From positions 53,192-117,191 of the forward strand of contig JBCBUK010000014.1 in the NCBI GenBank assembly GCA_039818205.1: a stretch of 64,000 nucleotides of DNA. Reading direction: 5' to 3'. Below are positions 43,131 through 53,897 of this stretch, in pieces; the first letter of the stretch is position 1; every line of letters starts with the position of its first letter. Under the pieces are notes generated by a model that ran no database searches, had not been told where the DNA came from, and saw only the letters and a list, made by a program, of their open reading frames with translations. Source of the DNA: Verrucomicrobiota bacterium (lineage in GTDB: Bacteria > Verrucomicrobiota > Verrucomicrobiia > Opitutales > Cerasicoccaceae). Position numbers and translations under genes: made by a program.

Positions 43131-44171
43131 TTAGTTAATTTTCAGGACAACGCCAGAAGAAGTATTGTATTTACCACCGACGATCGCGCAGAACAAATAC
43201 TCTGGCTTGCCGTCCTTCATCAAAAGCTGTGGACGTTCAAAGCGGCCTTCGCGATCCAGGCCATTCGGAGGCTCTGGTAGATAAACTTGTGAATTGAGGT
43301 AGGCGATCTGTGGTTGCTGATCCCAATCGACCCCGTCCTTGGATTCCAAGTAAAGGCCATACTCATGGTTGTAGAAACCCATGTCACGAAGGACCATCTT
43401 GTAAACACCGTCCTCTTGCCAAATATAGGCGTCTTCCGTTTGGGCACCAGGAATGCGTGTGCGCATATTGATGATCGGGTTGCCATCAAACTTGGTGAAC
43501 GGACCCTTTGGAGAGGTCGCAGTCGCCAAACCATACTGACGATTGGTCAACAAGCCCGTTTCAGAAGTACCCGGCTTAGTTCCAAGATTCAGGTCGTGGT
43601 CCCAATCGCCACGATTCCAACCCTTATAGTAAAGGCGACACTCGCCGTCGGGTGTCCGGAGAAAAGCTGGATTCGATGTCACGGCAGTGTCCCAATCGGA
43701 CTCGTTCTGTCCCGCTTCAAGTAGAGGCGCATCAAAACGCTCCCAAGGACCATACAAGGAATCAGAAACCGCAACGCCCACGCGCTTGGTCGTAACCAGG
43801 CCATCGGAATTGCCCATGTAGAACAAGTAGTACAGTCCGTCGACCTTGTGGATCGTCGGGTTGTGGATCGTCATGCTATCCCAAAAATCACCACCACGAC
43901 CGACGAGGGCATTCTCCTGAACTTCATACGGGCCTTCCGGGCTCGATGCCACCGCGTGGCCAATGATGCTGCAAGTCAGCCAACCTTCGTGTGCTGACTC
44001 GTTCACCCACTTCGAATAGAAGACGTGCACGTTGCCGGCCTCATCATAGATCGGCGAACATCCCCAAACGTTGTAATCGGGATCCTCAAGGATACGGCCT
44101 ACCCCTTCGAGCCGACGGGCAAACGGGGAAAGATTTTTTTCAATTTCGGGACTAATCGACGTAGTACTCAT
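43131..44171 (-). CDS. Five-bladed beta-propeller glycoside hydrolase (GH43/GH117/GH130-like), no signal peptide
   Basis: [40 protein letters not shown]. Confidence 0.8.
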   Translation of the reverse strand: MSTTSISPEIEKNLSPFARRLEGVGRILEDPDYNVWGCSPIYDEAGNVHVFYSKWVNESAHEGWLTCSIIGHAVASSPEGPYEVQENALVGRGGDFWDSMTIHNPTIHKVDGLYYLFYMGNSDGLVTTKRVGVAVSDSLYGPWERFDAPLLEAGQNESDWDTAVTSNPAFLRTPDGECRLYYKGWNRGDWDHDLNLGTKPGTSETGLLTNRQYGLATATSPKGPFTKFDGNPIINMRTRIPGAQTEDAYIWQEDGVYKMVLRDMGFYNHEYGLYLESKDGVDWDQQPQIAYLNSQVYLPEPPNGLDREGRFERPQLLMKDGKPEYLFCAIVGGKYNTSSGVVLKIN

Positions 44172-44176
44172 TGCTA

Positions 44177-45820
44177 CTATTCTTTTGGTTTTAGGTCGGC
44201 AAAAGTACCCGGGAGGGTATTCAGGGCATTGCTTAGTTCGTCCTGCATACGGGTAAGTTGTCGCGTATATTCTGGATTGCTAGCGAGATTGTTGGACTCC
44301 AACGGATCTTCGCTTAGGTGATAAAGTTGGTCAGGGTCGTAATAGTTATGAAGGAAGGGACCCTTTTCCTGAAAGGTTAGGCGAGTTAAAAAATCGCCGC
44401 CTGGAGGACCGCCGGTATGCGGAATCTTGGCGCCGGGATCGGGTTCCCACTTTACCCAGGCGTGTTTGCTTTTAACGTCATTCAGGTATTTCTTCTGGAT
44501 TTTCATGCTCTCCTCGGTGCTCATGGCAGCGCTATCTGGGAGGCGGAACGAAAGATACTTCCAATCGGCACCCGTAAGCGCCCGCGTGTATCCAAGCTCC
44601 GAGTATGCAAACTCGCGGCTCGTGCGTTTAGCCGTTCCCTCCGCCACATCCAAAAAGCTAACTCCACGCAGGTCCATATTGGCAGGTGGTGTCACATCAG
44701 TGGCTTGAAAAATCGTTGGCGCAAAATCCACGCTGGACACCACGGCCTCGGCGACCTGTGCCTTAATCGTACCCGGCCAATAGGCCATGATCGGGGTGCG
44801 AACTGCGCCATCATAGAGCGTGCTCTTACTCCCAAACTCCATCCCATGGTCATTGAAAAAGAGGATCAGGGTATTCTCGGAAATTCCATAATGGTCCAAA
44901 CGATCCAAGATCGCGCCAATACCATCGTCGACCCAAAGGGATTCTGCCGCTGACATTGGCAAGCCAGCATCTTTGACTCGTTTTAGAACTGAGTCGCGCG
45001 AAGGCTGTACGTCAATCGATTCGGTCAAAAGTCCAGCCGCCGAAATCCGTGGATCCGATTTCAAAGACTTCACGGGGTCTGGCGAATGGGGAAGTGTCGT
45101 TGAGAAAAATAAGTAGAAGGGCTCCGCATGGTAGCGATCGATAAAGTCTAAAGCGCCCTTCGTAATCCACTCCATGTTATGCTCGATCATACCGGTGTTC
45201 TTGAGCGCACGGGAGTCCATCGCGTTACCCGCATAGAGATTTGCGGCATAGTCGAAACCAAACCCTTTTAATGCCTTAACCAAGTTCTCCTGATTGCGCA
45301 GGAGCATGGCGGCGACCTCGGGATCCGCTGGATCGCTGCCGCGCGGTGGGACTTCCTCGCGGTATCCGTTGCCTCCAACGTGCCACTTGCCGACCAACCC
45401 CGTTTTGTATCCGGCCTTTTGCAATACATTTGGAATGTTCGGGCGATCGACTTCCACGTAGGTGTTAAAGCCAACGACCCGAAGGCCTTCCGGTGTTTGA
45501 TTTCGCGCGGCATTCATTGAGGAGGCCTGACTGGGGTAACGCCCCGTCAAGCAAGTGTAACGACTTGGCGTGCAAACCGTGCTGGTCGCGAAACCATTGG
45601 GAAAGTAAGTGCCCTCATTAGCCAAACGGTCAATATTCGGCGTCATCGCGGTATCCGGGCTCAGGAATCCAAACTGATTGCGGTCCTGATCATCAACGAT
45701 GATAAAGATCACATTGGGTCGGTCAGAATCATTCGCCGGGGCCGCATCTAGTGATGGAATGCACGCTAGTAGAACCGCAAAACAGACCGCGCTGAACCAG
45801 TTACTAAAAGAATTATGCAT
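44177..45820 (-). CDS. Secreted S1 (formylglycine-dependent) sulfatase
   Basis: RPNVIFIIVDDQ, CTPSR...LTG, GKWH, DHG, DFAPT, QLYHLSEDPLE. Start at ATG 45820 gives a signal peptide. Confidence 0.92.
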   Translation of the reverse strand: MHNSFSNWFSAVCFAVLLACIPSLDAAPANDSDRPNVIFIIVDDQDRNQFGFLSPDTAMTPNIDRLANEGTYFPNGFATSTVCTPSRYTCLTGRYPSQASSMNAARNQTPEGLRVVGFNTYVEVDRPNIPNVLQKAGYKTGLVGKWHVGGNGYREEVPPRGSDPADPEVAAMLLRNQENLVKALKGFGFDYAANLYAGNAMDSRALKNTGMIEHNMEWITKGALDFIDRYHAEPFYLFFSTTLPHSPDPVKSLKSDPRISAAGLLTESIDVQPSRDSVLKRVKDAGLPMSAAESLWVDDGIGAILDRLDHYGISENTLILFFNDHGMEFGSKSTLYDGAVRTPIMAYWPGTIKAQVAEAVVSSVDFAPTIFQATDVTPPANMDLRGVSFLDVAEGTAKRTSREFAYSELGYTRALTGADWKYLSFRLPDSAAMSTEESMKIQKKYLNDVKSKHAWVKWEPDPGAKIPHTGGPPGGDFLTRLTFQEKGPFLHNYYDPDQLYHLSEDPLESNNLASNPEYTRQLTRMQDELSNALNTLPGTFADLKPKE

Positions 45821-45884
45821 ACCAAAAAATAGACGATGACATGTATCGGTGGTAGTAAGGTAGATTCCCCCGCCATCAAGAGAG

Positions 45885-45898
45885 ATTCCACGAGTAAA
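45885..45898. promoter_or_regulatory. Candidate LacI operator ATTCCACGAGTAAA
   Basis: 11/14 match to TTTACACGTGTAAA in the sulfatase/LacI divergent region. Confidence 0.5.
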
Positions 45899-46018
45899 GA
45901 GGGAAAATTTTGAAGGATCTCCCGGGAAGTGCAAACTGATTCTGACGGCAAAATCCGCTTCAACACTGGCAAAACAGAATCACTTGACATCTAATCTATA
46001 CAGTAAAGTATGTAAAAA

Positions 46019-47077
46019 ATGATCAAGCTCGTCGACATTGCTGAACAACTGGGACTCTCGCGCGTAACCGTCTCAGCCGTCTTAAACGACCGCTATAAGA
46101 GCTTGGGAATTTCCGAAGCCACCGCCAAACGAGTCATCAAGACTGCGGCGGATATGGGCTACCGTCGCAACGAAATGGCGATGTCCATGAAAACTGGCAA
46201 GAGCTTCCTCATCGGTTGCATGACCGGTGCACTCGGTTTGGAATGGGGCGGCCGCACCCTCGAGGGAGCACTCCTTGGCCTGCGAGATTCGGTATATTCG
46301 ATGAAGGTCGAATCCGTGCATTCGGAAGCAGAAAACAACTCCGCAATCCAACGTTTCATCGGTGCGCGGGTCTCCTCGATTTTTGCCTGCAACGTCAACC
46401 CAACCCTCGAAGAAGCAGCACGGATCAAGGAACAGCTAAGCCGCTATAAGATCCTCATGGTCTGCAACAACTGCCGGCAAGATCTCTCGCACCTCCAAGT
46501 CGACCCGGACAACTTTGGCGGAAGCCTGCTCGCCGTTCGACACCTTGCGGAACTTGGGCACAAGCACATCGCCTTCATCAGTGGAGATGGCCGAAGCAAC
46601 GCCAGCCTGATGCGAAAAGAAGGATTTCTCGGCGCATTGGGCGACTGTGGCCTCAGCCTTGGACCCAATTTCCTCGAGCGGGGCAACTGGGACTATACCG
46701 AGACTGAAGAAGCCATTGAGCGGCTGATGTCTTCAAAGAAGGCCCCGACGGCTATCCTTTGCGCCAACGACGAAATGGCAGTCGTGGCCATTCGCCGACT
46801 TCAGCACCTCGGCTACAGTGTTCCAAATGACGTCTCGATCATCGGATTTACCAACGAGCGCTTAGGCCAACTCGCCAACCCGGCTTTGACCACCGTGGCG
46901 CAACCCGAAGTGGAGATCGGCAAAGTGGCCATCCAATTGTTGATCGAAAAGATCGAAGCGCCCGAATCCGAAAAAATGGTGCCAGAAAGCCGGGTATTGC
47001 CGTCCACCTTGATCGTGCGCGAATCAACCAGTCGCCCGCCCAAGGCAAGCACCCGCTCTCGCAAGCGCGCCAGCTGA
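46019..47077 (+). CDS. LacI-family transcriptional regulator
   Basis: KLVDIAEQLGLSRVTVSAVLN HTH, HLAELGHKHIAFI, PTAILCANDEMA, VPNDVSIIGF, LTTVAQP, LIVREST. Confidence 0.95.
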   Translation: MIKLVDIAEQLGLSRVTVSAVLNDRYKSLGISEATAKRVIKTAADMGYRRNEMAMSMKTGKSFLIGCMTGALGLEWGGRTLEGALLGLRDSVYSMKVESVHSEAENNSAIQRFIGARVSSIFACNVNPTLEEAARIKEQLSRYKILMVCNNCRQDLSHLQVDPDNFGGSLLAVRHLAELGHKHIAFISGDGRSNASLMRKEGFLGALGDCGLSLGPNFLERGNWDYTETEEAIERLMSSKKAPTAILCANDEMAVVAIRRLQHLGYSVPNDVSIIGFTNERLGQLANPALTTVAQPEVEIGKVAIQLLIEKIEAPESEKMVPESRVLPSTLIVRESTSRPPKASTRSRKRAS

Positions 47078-47127
47078 GACCACACAGTCGCGAATTGGCA
47101 AAGTAACCATCGCTACTCCGTCGCAAA

Positions 47128-48636
47128 CTATTTCCGGCGGCGGCTGTATGCGATATACGCAAAGGTCAGGATTCCGGCAATCAAAGCGTAAGTGCGGGGC
47201 TCCGGGATGCGGGCCACCTTTCCTGGTCCGCGGACCTCCAACTTGGCACCATCGAATTGGAAATCGTAGATATCGCCGGTGGTGGTATTCCCTTGAACGA
47301 ACAGTCCTGAACGCTCGTCTTCCCCCGCAAAGGTAAGCTCGACGCCTTTCTGGGAAGCTTCCTTGCGCCCGTTGATCAATTGGTCGACCTGGAAGGTGCC
47401 TCCACCCTCGGACCAAAAGATAATTTCATAGTCAAACGTTTCACCAAGACGAACACTTGAATCAGACGCCTGATCACTAGGTCGACCTCGGTAGCTAAGT
47501 CGAAGGGTGTTATCCAAATCAGCAAGCAAAAGTCCCCCTCCAGCAAACACGGCACCAGACTGCGTTTTCATTGAACTGACGTCCGCTATTCCCAGGTTCA
47601 AAATCGTAGAGTTGTCACGTGTCGGAATCCCTGTAATATTTAGCTTTTCGAGCTTAACGCTGACACTAGATCCAGGAGCCAAATTCTCGATCCCCTTTTT
47701 GGTAAGGCCTGAACTTACTCCCATAAACGCTCGCTGATAACCGCTGGTATTGGACAAGACCCTTCCAGTACCATAAACGTTGGCCACTTCAAATACGTTC
47801 TGAGCAGCGGTATCTCCATCCCAACCATTCAACCGACCATTCTCATAGCCTTCGTCGGCGGTGAAGGAGCTCTCAAAGTAAACCTTAGGCTCGAGCGGAC
47901 CACCGCTAACGGCCACGCTTGGTCGCTCAACAATCAGGCTAGCACCATCAAACGAATAAGTATAACTATCGCCATCTGCCGGAAGGCCCTGCACAAACAA
48001 TGCCGCATTCGCTCCGTTCATCTCAAAATCGACTGATTCAACACTCCGGGAAAGAACCGTTCGCCCATTGATCAACTGATCGATCTGGAAAGTACCCCCA
48101 CTCTCAGCGGTGAATCGGACCTCGTAGTCAAAGGTGTCACCAAGTTTCACCCCGGAATCGAGAACACCATCCGCATTGTATCCTTTCGGCGCGAGGAGAA
48201 TACTACCATCAAGATTTGCCACCAGCTGCCCGCCGTTCGACAACTTCGTCTCACCAATGTTAGAATGCGAATCCATTAATCCAAGCGACAGGATATTGGA
48301 TTGGTCGTTGCTAGGCTGTCCACTGATCGTCAGTCCCTTCAAAATTGTTCGAATTTGCGCCCCCTCGGGAAAACTCTTAATGTCAGTCTTCTTCAGACCA
48401 GCATCTTGGCCAAGCCCGAAGCGTTTGAAGCCCGAAGTATGGGCGTGAACCTCACCCTTTCCCGCACTATTTCGAATCTCAATTCCCTCTTGAGCCCGAG
48501 CGTCCGGTTGATTTTCCAATCGCCCGTCTTGGTAACCTTCGCCCGCGGTAAACGAAGATTCAAAATAGGCTTGTCCGTGGCATATGGCGATCGACGCCAA
48601 GGAAATCATTAAGGAATTAAAGAACTTCAGGTTCAT
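47128..48636 (-). CDS. PEP-CTERM surface protein with two tandem copies of an about 220-aa domain
   Basis: Signal peptide, two repeats starting YFESSFTA(G/D)EGY, C-terminal IPEPRTYALIAGILTFAYIAYSRRRK. Confidence 0.85.
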   Translation of the reverse strand: MNLKFFNSLMISLASIAICHGQAYFESSFTAGEGYQDGRLENQPDARAQEGIEIRNSAGKGEVHAHTSGFKRFGLGQDAGLKKTDIKSFPEGAQIRTILKGLTISGQPSNDQSNILSLGLMDSHSNIGETKLSNGGQLVANLDGSILLAPKGYNADGVLDSGVKLGDTFDYEVRFTAESGGTFQIDQLINGRTVLSRSVESVDFEMNGANAALFVQGLPADGDSYTYSFDGASLIVERPSVAVSGGPLEPKVYFESSFTADEGYENGRLNGWDGDTAAQNVFEVANVYGTGRVLSNTSGYQRAFMGVSSGLTKKGIENLAPGSSVSVKLEKLNITGIPTRDNSTILNLGIADVSSMKTQSGAVFAGGGLLLADLDNTLRLSYRGRPSDQASDSSVRLGETFDYEIIFWSEGGGTFQVDQLINGRKEASQKGVELTFAGEDERSGLFVQGNTTTGDIYDFQFDGAKLEVRGPGKVARIPEPRTYALIAGILTFAYIAYSRRRK

Positions 48637-48872
48637 CGGTAGATCGGATTGGATTCAGTTTCGAACTCAGGGACTAATTAAACGAGATAGTACATAGTTT
48701 GCCCATAATTTGCAAAGCAATTAAGCGTGCAAAATGAAATCGACAAATTTGCGCCAATTTTAAGCACAGATTCGCCATTCACGGGAAAATGAAGAATAGC
48801 GGTTGAAACCGCACTCAAATCCAACCGCTCGGGTTGAGTCGACTTCCTTTCTCCAAACCTTTTTCGTTCAAT

Positions 48873-48904
48873 AAAAAACCCACCGGGATTTCCCGGTGGG
48901 TTTT
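48873..48904 (-). terminator. Rho-independent terminator
   Basis: AAAAAACCCACCGGGA-TT-TCCCGGTGGGTTTT just past the stop of the 48931-49734 gene. Confidence 0.85.
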
Positions 48905-48930
48905 GAAAGTATTACAAAGCTCTACTAGAA

Positions 48931-49734
48931 CTAAGCTTGGCGGCGACGGCGCAAAACCAAAAGTCCAAGGGCTGCACCACCTGCGATCAACGCATAGGTA
49001 GATGGCTCAGGAACGACTACGGTCAGGTTAGCCGCATCCATCTGGAAGGTGTATGCGTCGCCATCAGCAGGAACACCTTGAATGAACCAAGAAGTGCCCA
49101 AGCCAGGATTGCCAAAATTTAAGGACTGGCCTGTCTGGGTGAAGAGAATGCTTCCGTTGACCAACTGGTCAATTTGGAACGTACCCGCACCTTCAGCGGT
49201 ATAGAGAATTTCGTAGTCGAAGGTCTCTCCTAAATCAACACCCGCGTCTACTGCACCAGCAGCATTAAACGTGGAAGGCGCGAGAAAAAGATTGTTCGTA
49301 AGGTCAGCGACCAATTGACCACCACCTGCTTGACCAGCGCTACCAGCATTAGAACCGTCAGTAGCAGTGTTTGCCAAACCGAGGGTGAAAATGTTGGAGT
49401 TGGCGTTAGTTGACGTTCCATTAACAACCAAATCGAATGCAGATACGCGAATAGTCGCGCCAGCGCCCAGACCAGAAACAGTTGCTTTAGTAAGTCCACC
49501 ATTCAAACCGAGAAGCGCACGTTGGAAACCTGCGGTGCCACCGTTGAGCAAGCCAACGCCAGCGGTGTCGGAAATGGTGTAGGCAGCCTGAGCTTCAGCA
49601 CCGTCTTGGCCTGCAAGATTACCATCGGTGTAGCCTTGAGCGGCGGTGAAAGAGGAATCGAAGAACGTTTGACCATGAGAAGCGGCAAACGGAAGCGCAG
49701 TCGCAATAAGAACAGCGGTTAACTTAGCTTTCAT
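48931..49734 (-). CDS. PEP-CTERM surface protein (single copy of the same domain)
   Basis: Signal peptide ending SHG-QT, FFDSSFTAAQGY..., C-terminal VVPEPSTYALIAGGAALGLLVLRRRRQA. Confidence 0.9.
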   Translation of the reverse strand: MKAKLTAVLIATALPFAASHGQTFFDSSFTAAQGYTDGNLAGQDGAEAQAAYTISDTAGVGLLNGGTAGFQRALLGLNGGLTKATVSGLGAGATIRVSAFDLVVNGTSTNANSNIFTLGLANTATDGSNAGSAGQAGGGQLVADLTNNLFLAPSTFNAAGAVDAGVDLGETFDYEILYTAEGAGTFQIDQLVNGSILFTQTGQSLNFGNPGLGTSWFIQGVPADGDAYTFQMDAANLTVVVPEPSTYALIAGGAALGLLVLRRRRQA

Positions 49735-49875
49735 ATATGTAGGTTTATTAGGGGGGTTAGATAAGTAGCCTTCGCAATCATCGGTAATACCAATGGCAAA
49801 AGATGCCTTAAATATGTGAGGATTAACTGAAAAGTCGAGCGAGAAAGTGAGATATTTACCTCACATGATAACGCT

Positions 49876-49889
49876 CTTTCACGTGTAAT
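49876..49889. promoter_or_regulatory. Candidate LacI operator CTTTCACGTGTAAT
   Basis: 11/14 match to TTTACACGTGTAAA, upstream of the PEP-CTERM gene. Confidence 0.55.
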
Positions 49890-49992
49890 CTTGTAAAAAT
49901 ACCAAAATATGTAAAGCAATTTCTGACCAAAACGTGCATAAAATTTCGCAATTTACACAAGGTTGGCGGCCCCCAGGACTTTCGATTCCAAC

Positions 49993-50023
49993 AAAAAGGG
50001 CCGGCATGGAATCATGCGGCCCT
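49993..50023 (-). terminator. Rho-independent terminator (minus strand)
   Basis: Minus strand reads AGGGCCGCATGATTCCATGCCGGCCC-TTTTT, after the pilin-like gene. Confidence 0.75.
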
Positions 50024-50054
50024 AGTGACTATGTTGATGGGTTTTGAACCAAAC

Positions 50055-50825
50055 CTAGTTTCCGCCGTCGCGACGGAAGTAGCGTCCGAGATTGGCCATG
50101 ACAACTTCCTTATCCATCCACTCAACGTGGCCATCAGCAAAAAAGTAGTGACCACCGCCGTCGTAGTTGCCGTTCACACCGGCTGCAGACCAATAAGGCC
50201 AGACCTGGTTATCGGCAACACCGTCCCCATCGGTCTCAGCAAACACAACGAGGTTGGATGGGTTTTCCATATCGGCGTTAGAAAAATTAGACTGGTTATC
50301 CGGAGTCTTAGCGTCGTCCTTATTCTTCCAGATGCCATGATCGTGGTTGGCATGCTTCCACTGCGTTCCCAACTGCACGTAATTATATCCATATGACGAG
50401 GTTTGGCCATGTGCCGAACGGTCATACTCAACCTCGTATGCAGGGTTCTGAAACACCGAAGTATCAGCATTTTCAACCCAGACATACTTATTGCCATCTT
50501 TGCGGGCCATACCGAGCTTTTCGCCGATAAGGTCATGCACGGTGTAGTTCGCCCAGGAGTTATCCGTTCCCGCATAACATGGATAGAAGCCAGGGGGGAC
50601 ACCCGGAGCGCCTTCGGCTACAATAATCGCCAAGCCATTACCGATTTGGCGCAAATTACTGGATGATTTCGCCGCATTGCTCTTCTCTCTTATATTACCG
50701 ACAACCGGTATCAAGATCGCGGAAAGAATCGCGATAATGGCAACAACCGTCAACAGCTCAACCAACGTGAACGCTGCGGATTTGCGGAGACAATGAGGCA
50801 AGGAATATTTCTTACTGGTAACCAT
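50055..50825 (-). CDS. Prepilin-type N-terminal cleavage/methylation protein with C-terminal H-X9-DG-like motif
   Basis: AAFTLVELLTVVAIIAILSAILIP, SNLRQIG, SYGYN, GHYFFADGHVE. Start at ATG 50825 (TTG 50837 possible). Confidence 0.88.
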   Translation of the reverse strand: MVTSKKYSLPHCLRKSAAFTLVELLTVVAIIAILSAILIPVVGNIREKSNAAKSSSNLRQIGNGLAIIVAEGAPGVPPGFYPCYAGTDNSWANYTVHDLIGEKLGMARKDGNKYVWVENADTSVFQNPAYEVEYDRSAHGQTSSYGYNYVQLGTQWKHANHDHGIWKNKDDAKTPDNQSNFSNADMENPSNLVVFAETDGDGVADNQVWPYWSAAGVNGNYDGGGHYFFADGHVEWMDKEVVMANLGRYFRRDGGN

Positions 50826-50854
50826 AACAACAAACAAAAAAGGGATACAACTAG

Positions 50855-50872
50855 TCTTTACACGGGTAAAGA
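50855..50872. promoter_or_regulatory. Candidate LacI operator TCTTTACACGGGTAAAGA
   Basis: Near-perfect 18-bp palindrome with central CG, in the pilin/sulfatase divergent region. Confidence 0.7.
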
Positions 50873-51008
50873 ATTGGCCATTAGCAAACGAAAATCAAGC
50901 AAAAAAATCCGTTATCTCTAGATAGCTTGACCTCCTACATAAGTAGACAGATCTTAGGCCCGTTTGATCCATGATCTTGCCCATTAAAACCTCCTGAGTC
51001 TTGTAGCC

Positions 51009-52327
<1,319 letters not shown>

Positions 52328-52337
<10 letters not shown>

Positions 52338-53896
52338 ACCTTAAACGTTACACCCTCCTGGCGTTGCTGGGAGCAAGCTCTGCTTTTGCCGAACTACCAA
52401 CGAATGGTTTGGTCCTCAAGCTGGATAGCTCAATCAAGGAGTCGGTTGTCCTCAATAAGGATGGCCTTGTGATCGAATGGAAAGACCAGAGCGGTCACGG
52501 CAACAACGCCACCGCCAAGGCAACCCATGCTCCGTATTATATGGCGAATTCCATGGCCGGGAAATCGGTGATTCGCTTCGACGGTGAGCAATGGCTCGAC
52601 CTCCCTGTCTTGAGTGACGAAGTTCGCGGCTATTCGATCTTCATTGTCTACCAGCGCAAAGACGGGCACCCCAGCCGGGGCAATTGGCAACGGCTTATTT
52701 CCGGCGCAACCACAGAGCGCCCGGACGACACCAAGGAGCCAAACATCCAGTTGAGCACGGAAGAGAAGGGCGGCGTCATCGGACCCCAAATCGCTTACGA
52801 TCTCTTCCGCAGCGACCTCAAAGTGCCCATGACCATCGGTGCGCGCGACATTGGCCATTTCCAACGCTTCCATGGTGATATCGCCGAGGTCTTAGTTTAC
52901 AACCACAGCTTTATCGTCTACGAGCCCATCCAGGCCGTCGAACAGTATTTGCAGAAGAAGTGGAACATAGAAATCAAGACCAAGGGAGACTGGACACGCA
53001 TGGGCCCTTTGCCAGAGCCACTACCCGTCCGTGAAACCGACAACCTTCCACTCTCCGACCAAGCCAATGAAGGCAAATGGGAACGCTACGAACCCATGTG
53101 GGACGAGTTCAATGGCGACCGGCTCGACCTCAATAAATGGTTTGACCATAACCCGTTTTGGTATGGCCGCGCTCCCGGGCGTTTCCTGGCCCGCTATGTT
53201 GATGTCAAAGATGGCATGATGCAGATCACTATGGCGAAGGATACAAGCCTGCCGCACGAGCGATTCTACGGCAAAAACCATGGCGTCTATAAAGATTATG
53301 CTAGCGGCACGGTCGTGAGTAAGGACCGCGTGAACTACGGCTATTTCGAAATTCGAGCCAAGCCAATGGACTCAGCCGCATCCAGTGCTTGGTGGTTCAC
53401 GGGCTCCTCAACTGATAAAAAGACTGGAGCCAAGAAGCGACTGGAGATCGATGTGTTTGAGATCGGTGGGAAGGCCAAGAACAAGGAATATTCCTACAAT
53501 ATGAATCTCCACGACTTCAAAACCCGTTCGACACCGCACCACTATAGCCTGGGCGGGATATGGAAGACGGAGAAGCCGCTCGCCAGTGAGTTCCGCGTCT
53601 ACGGGCTCGAGTGGACGCCTGAAACCATCAAATATTACGTTGATGGGGTGCTCATTCGCCGGGTGGACAATGAAGTCTGGCATGGTCCACAGTTTATGCT
53701 GTTTGACTCAGAAACGATGTTCGACTGGCTTGGCGTGCCGGAAGATTCCGACCTCCCCTCGACTTTTCTCGTTGATTACGTACGTGCATGGAAGAACCCT
53801 GAAACCGCCAACGACTGGCGAGAACACTACCGTGCGCTGGGCAACTACAATACCAGCCGCATCACCGACTACGTTCGATCAATGGACCCCAATTGA
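52328..53896 (+). CDS. Secreted GH16 endo-galactanase (beta-porphyranase-like) with N-terminal LamG-like domain
   Basis: Signal peptide, WKDQSGHGN...FHGDIAEVLVYN LamG domain, WDEFNGDRLD...WYGRAP, YGYFEIRAK, catalytic EIDVFE, VDYVRAW. Confidence 0.85.
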
Positions 53897-53897
53897 T

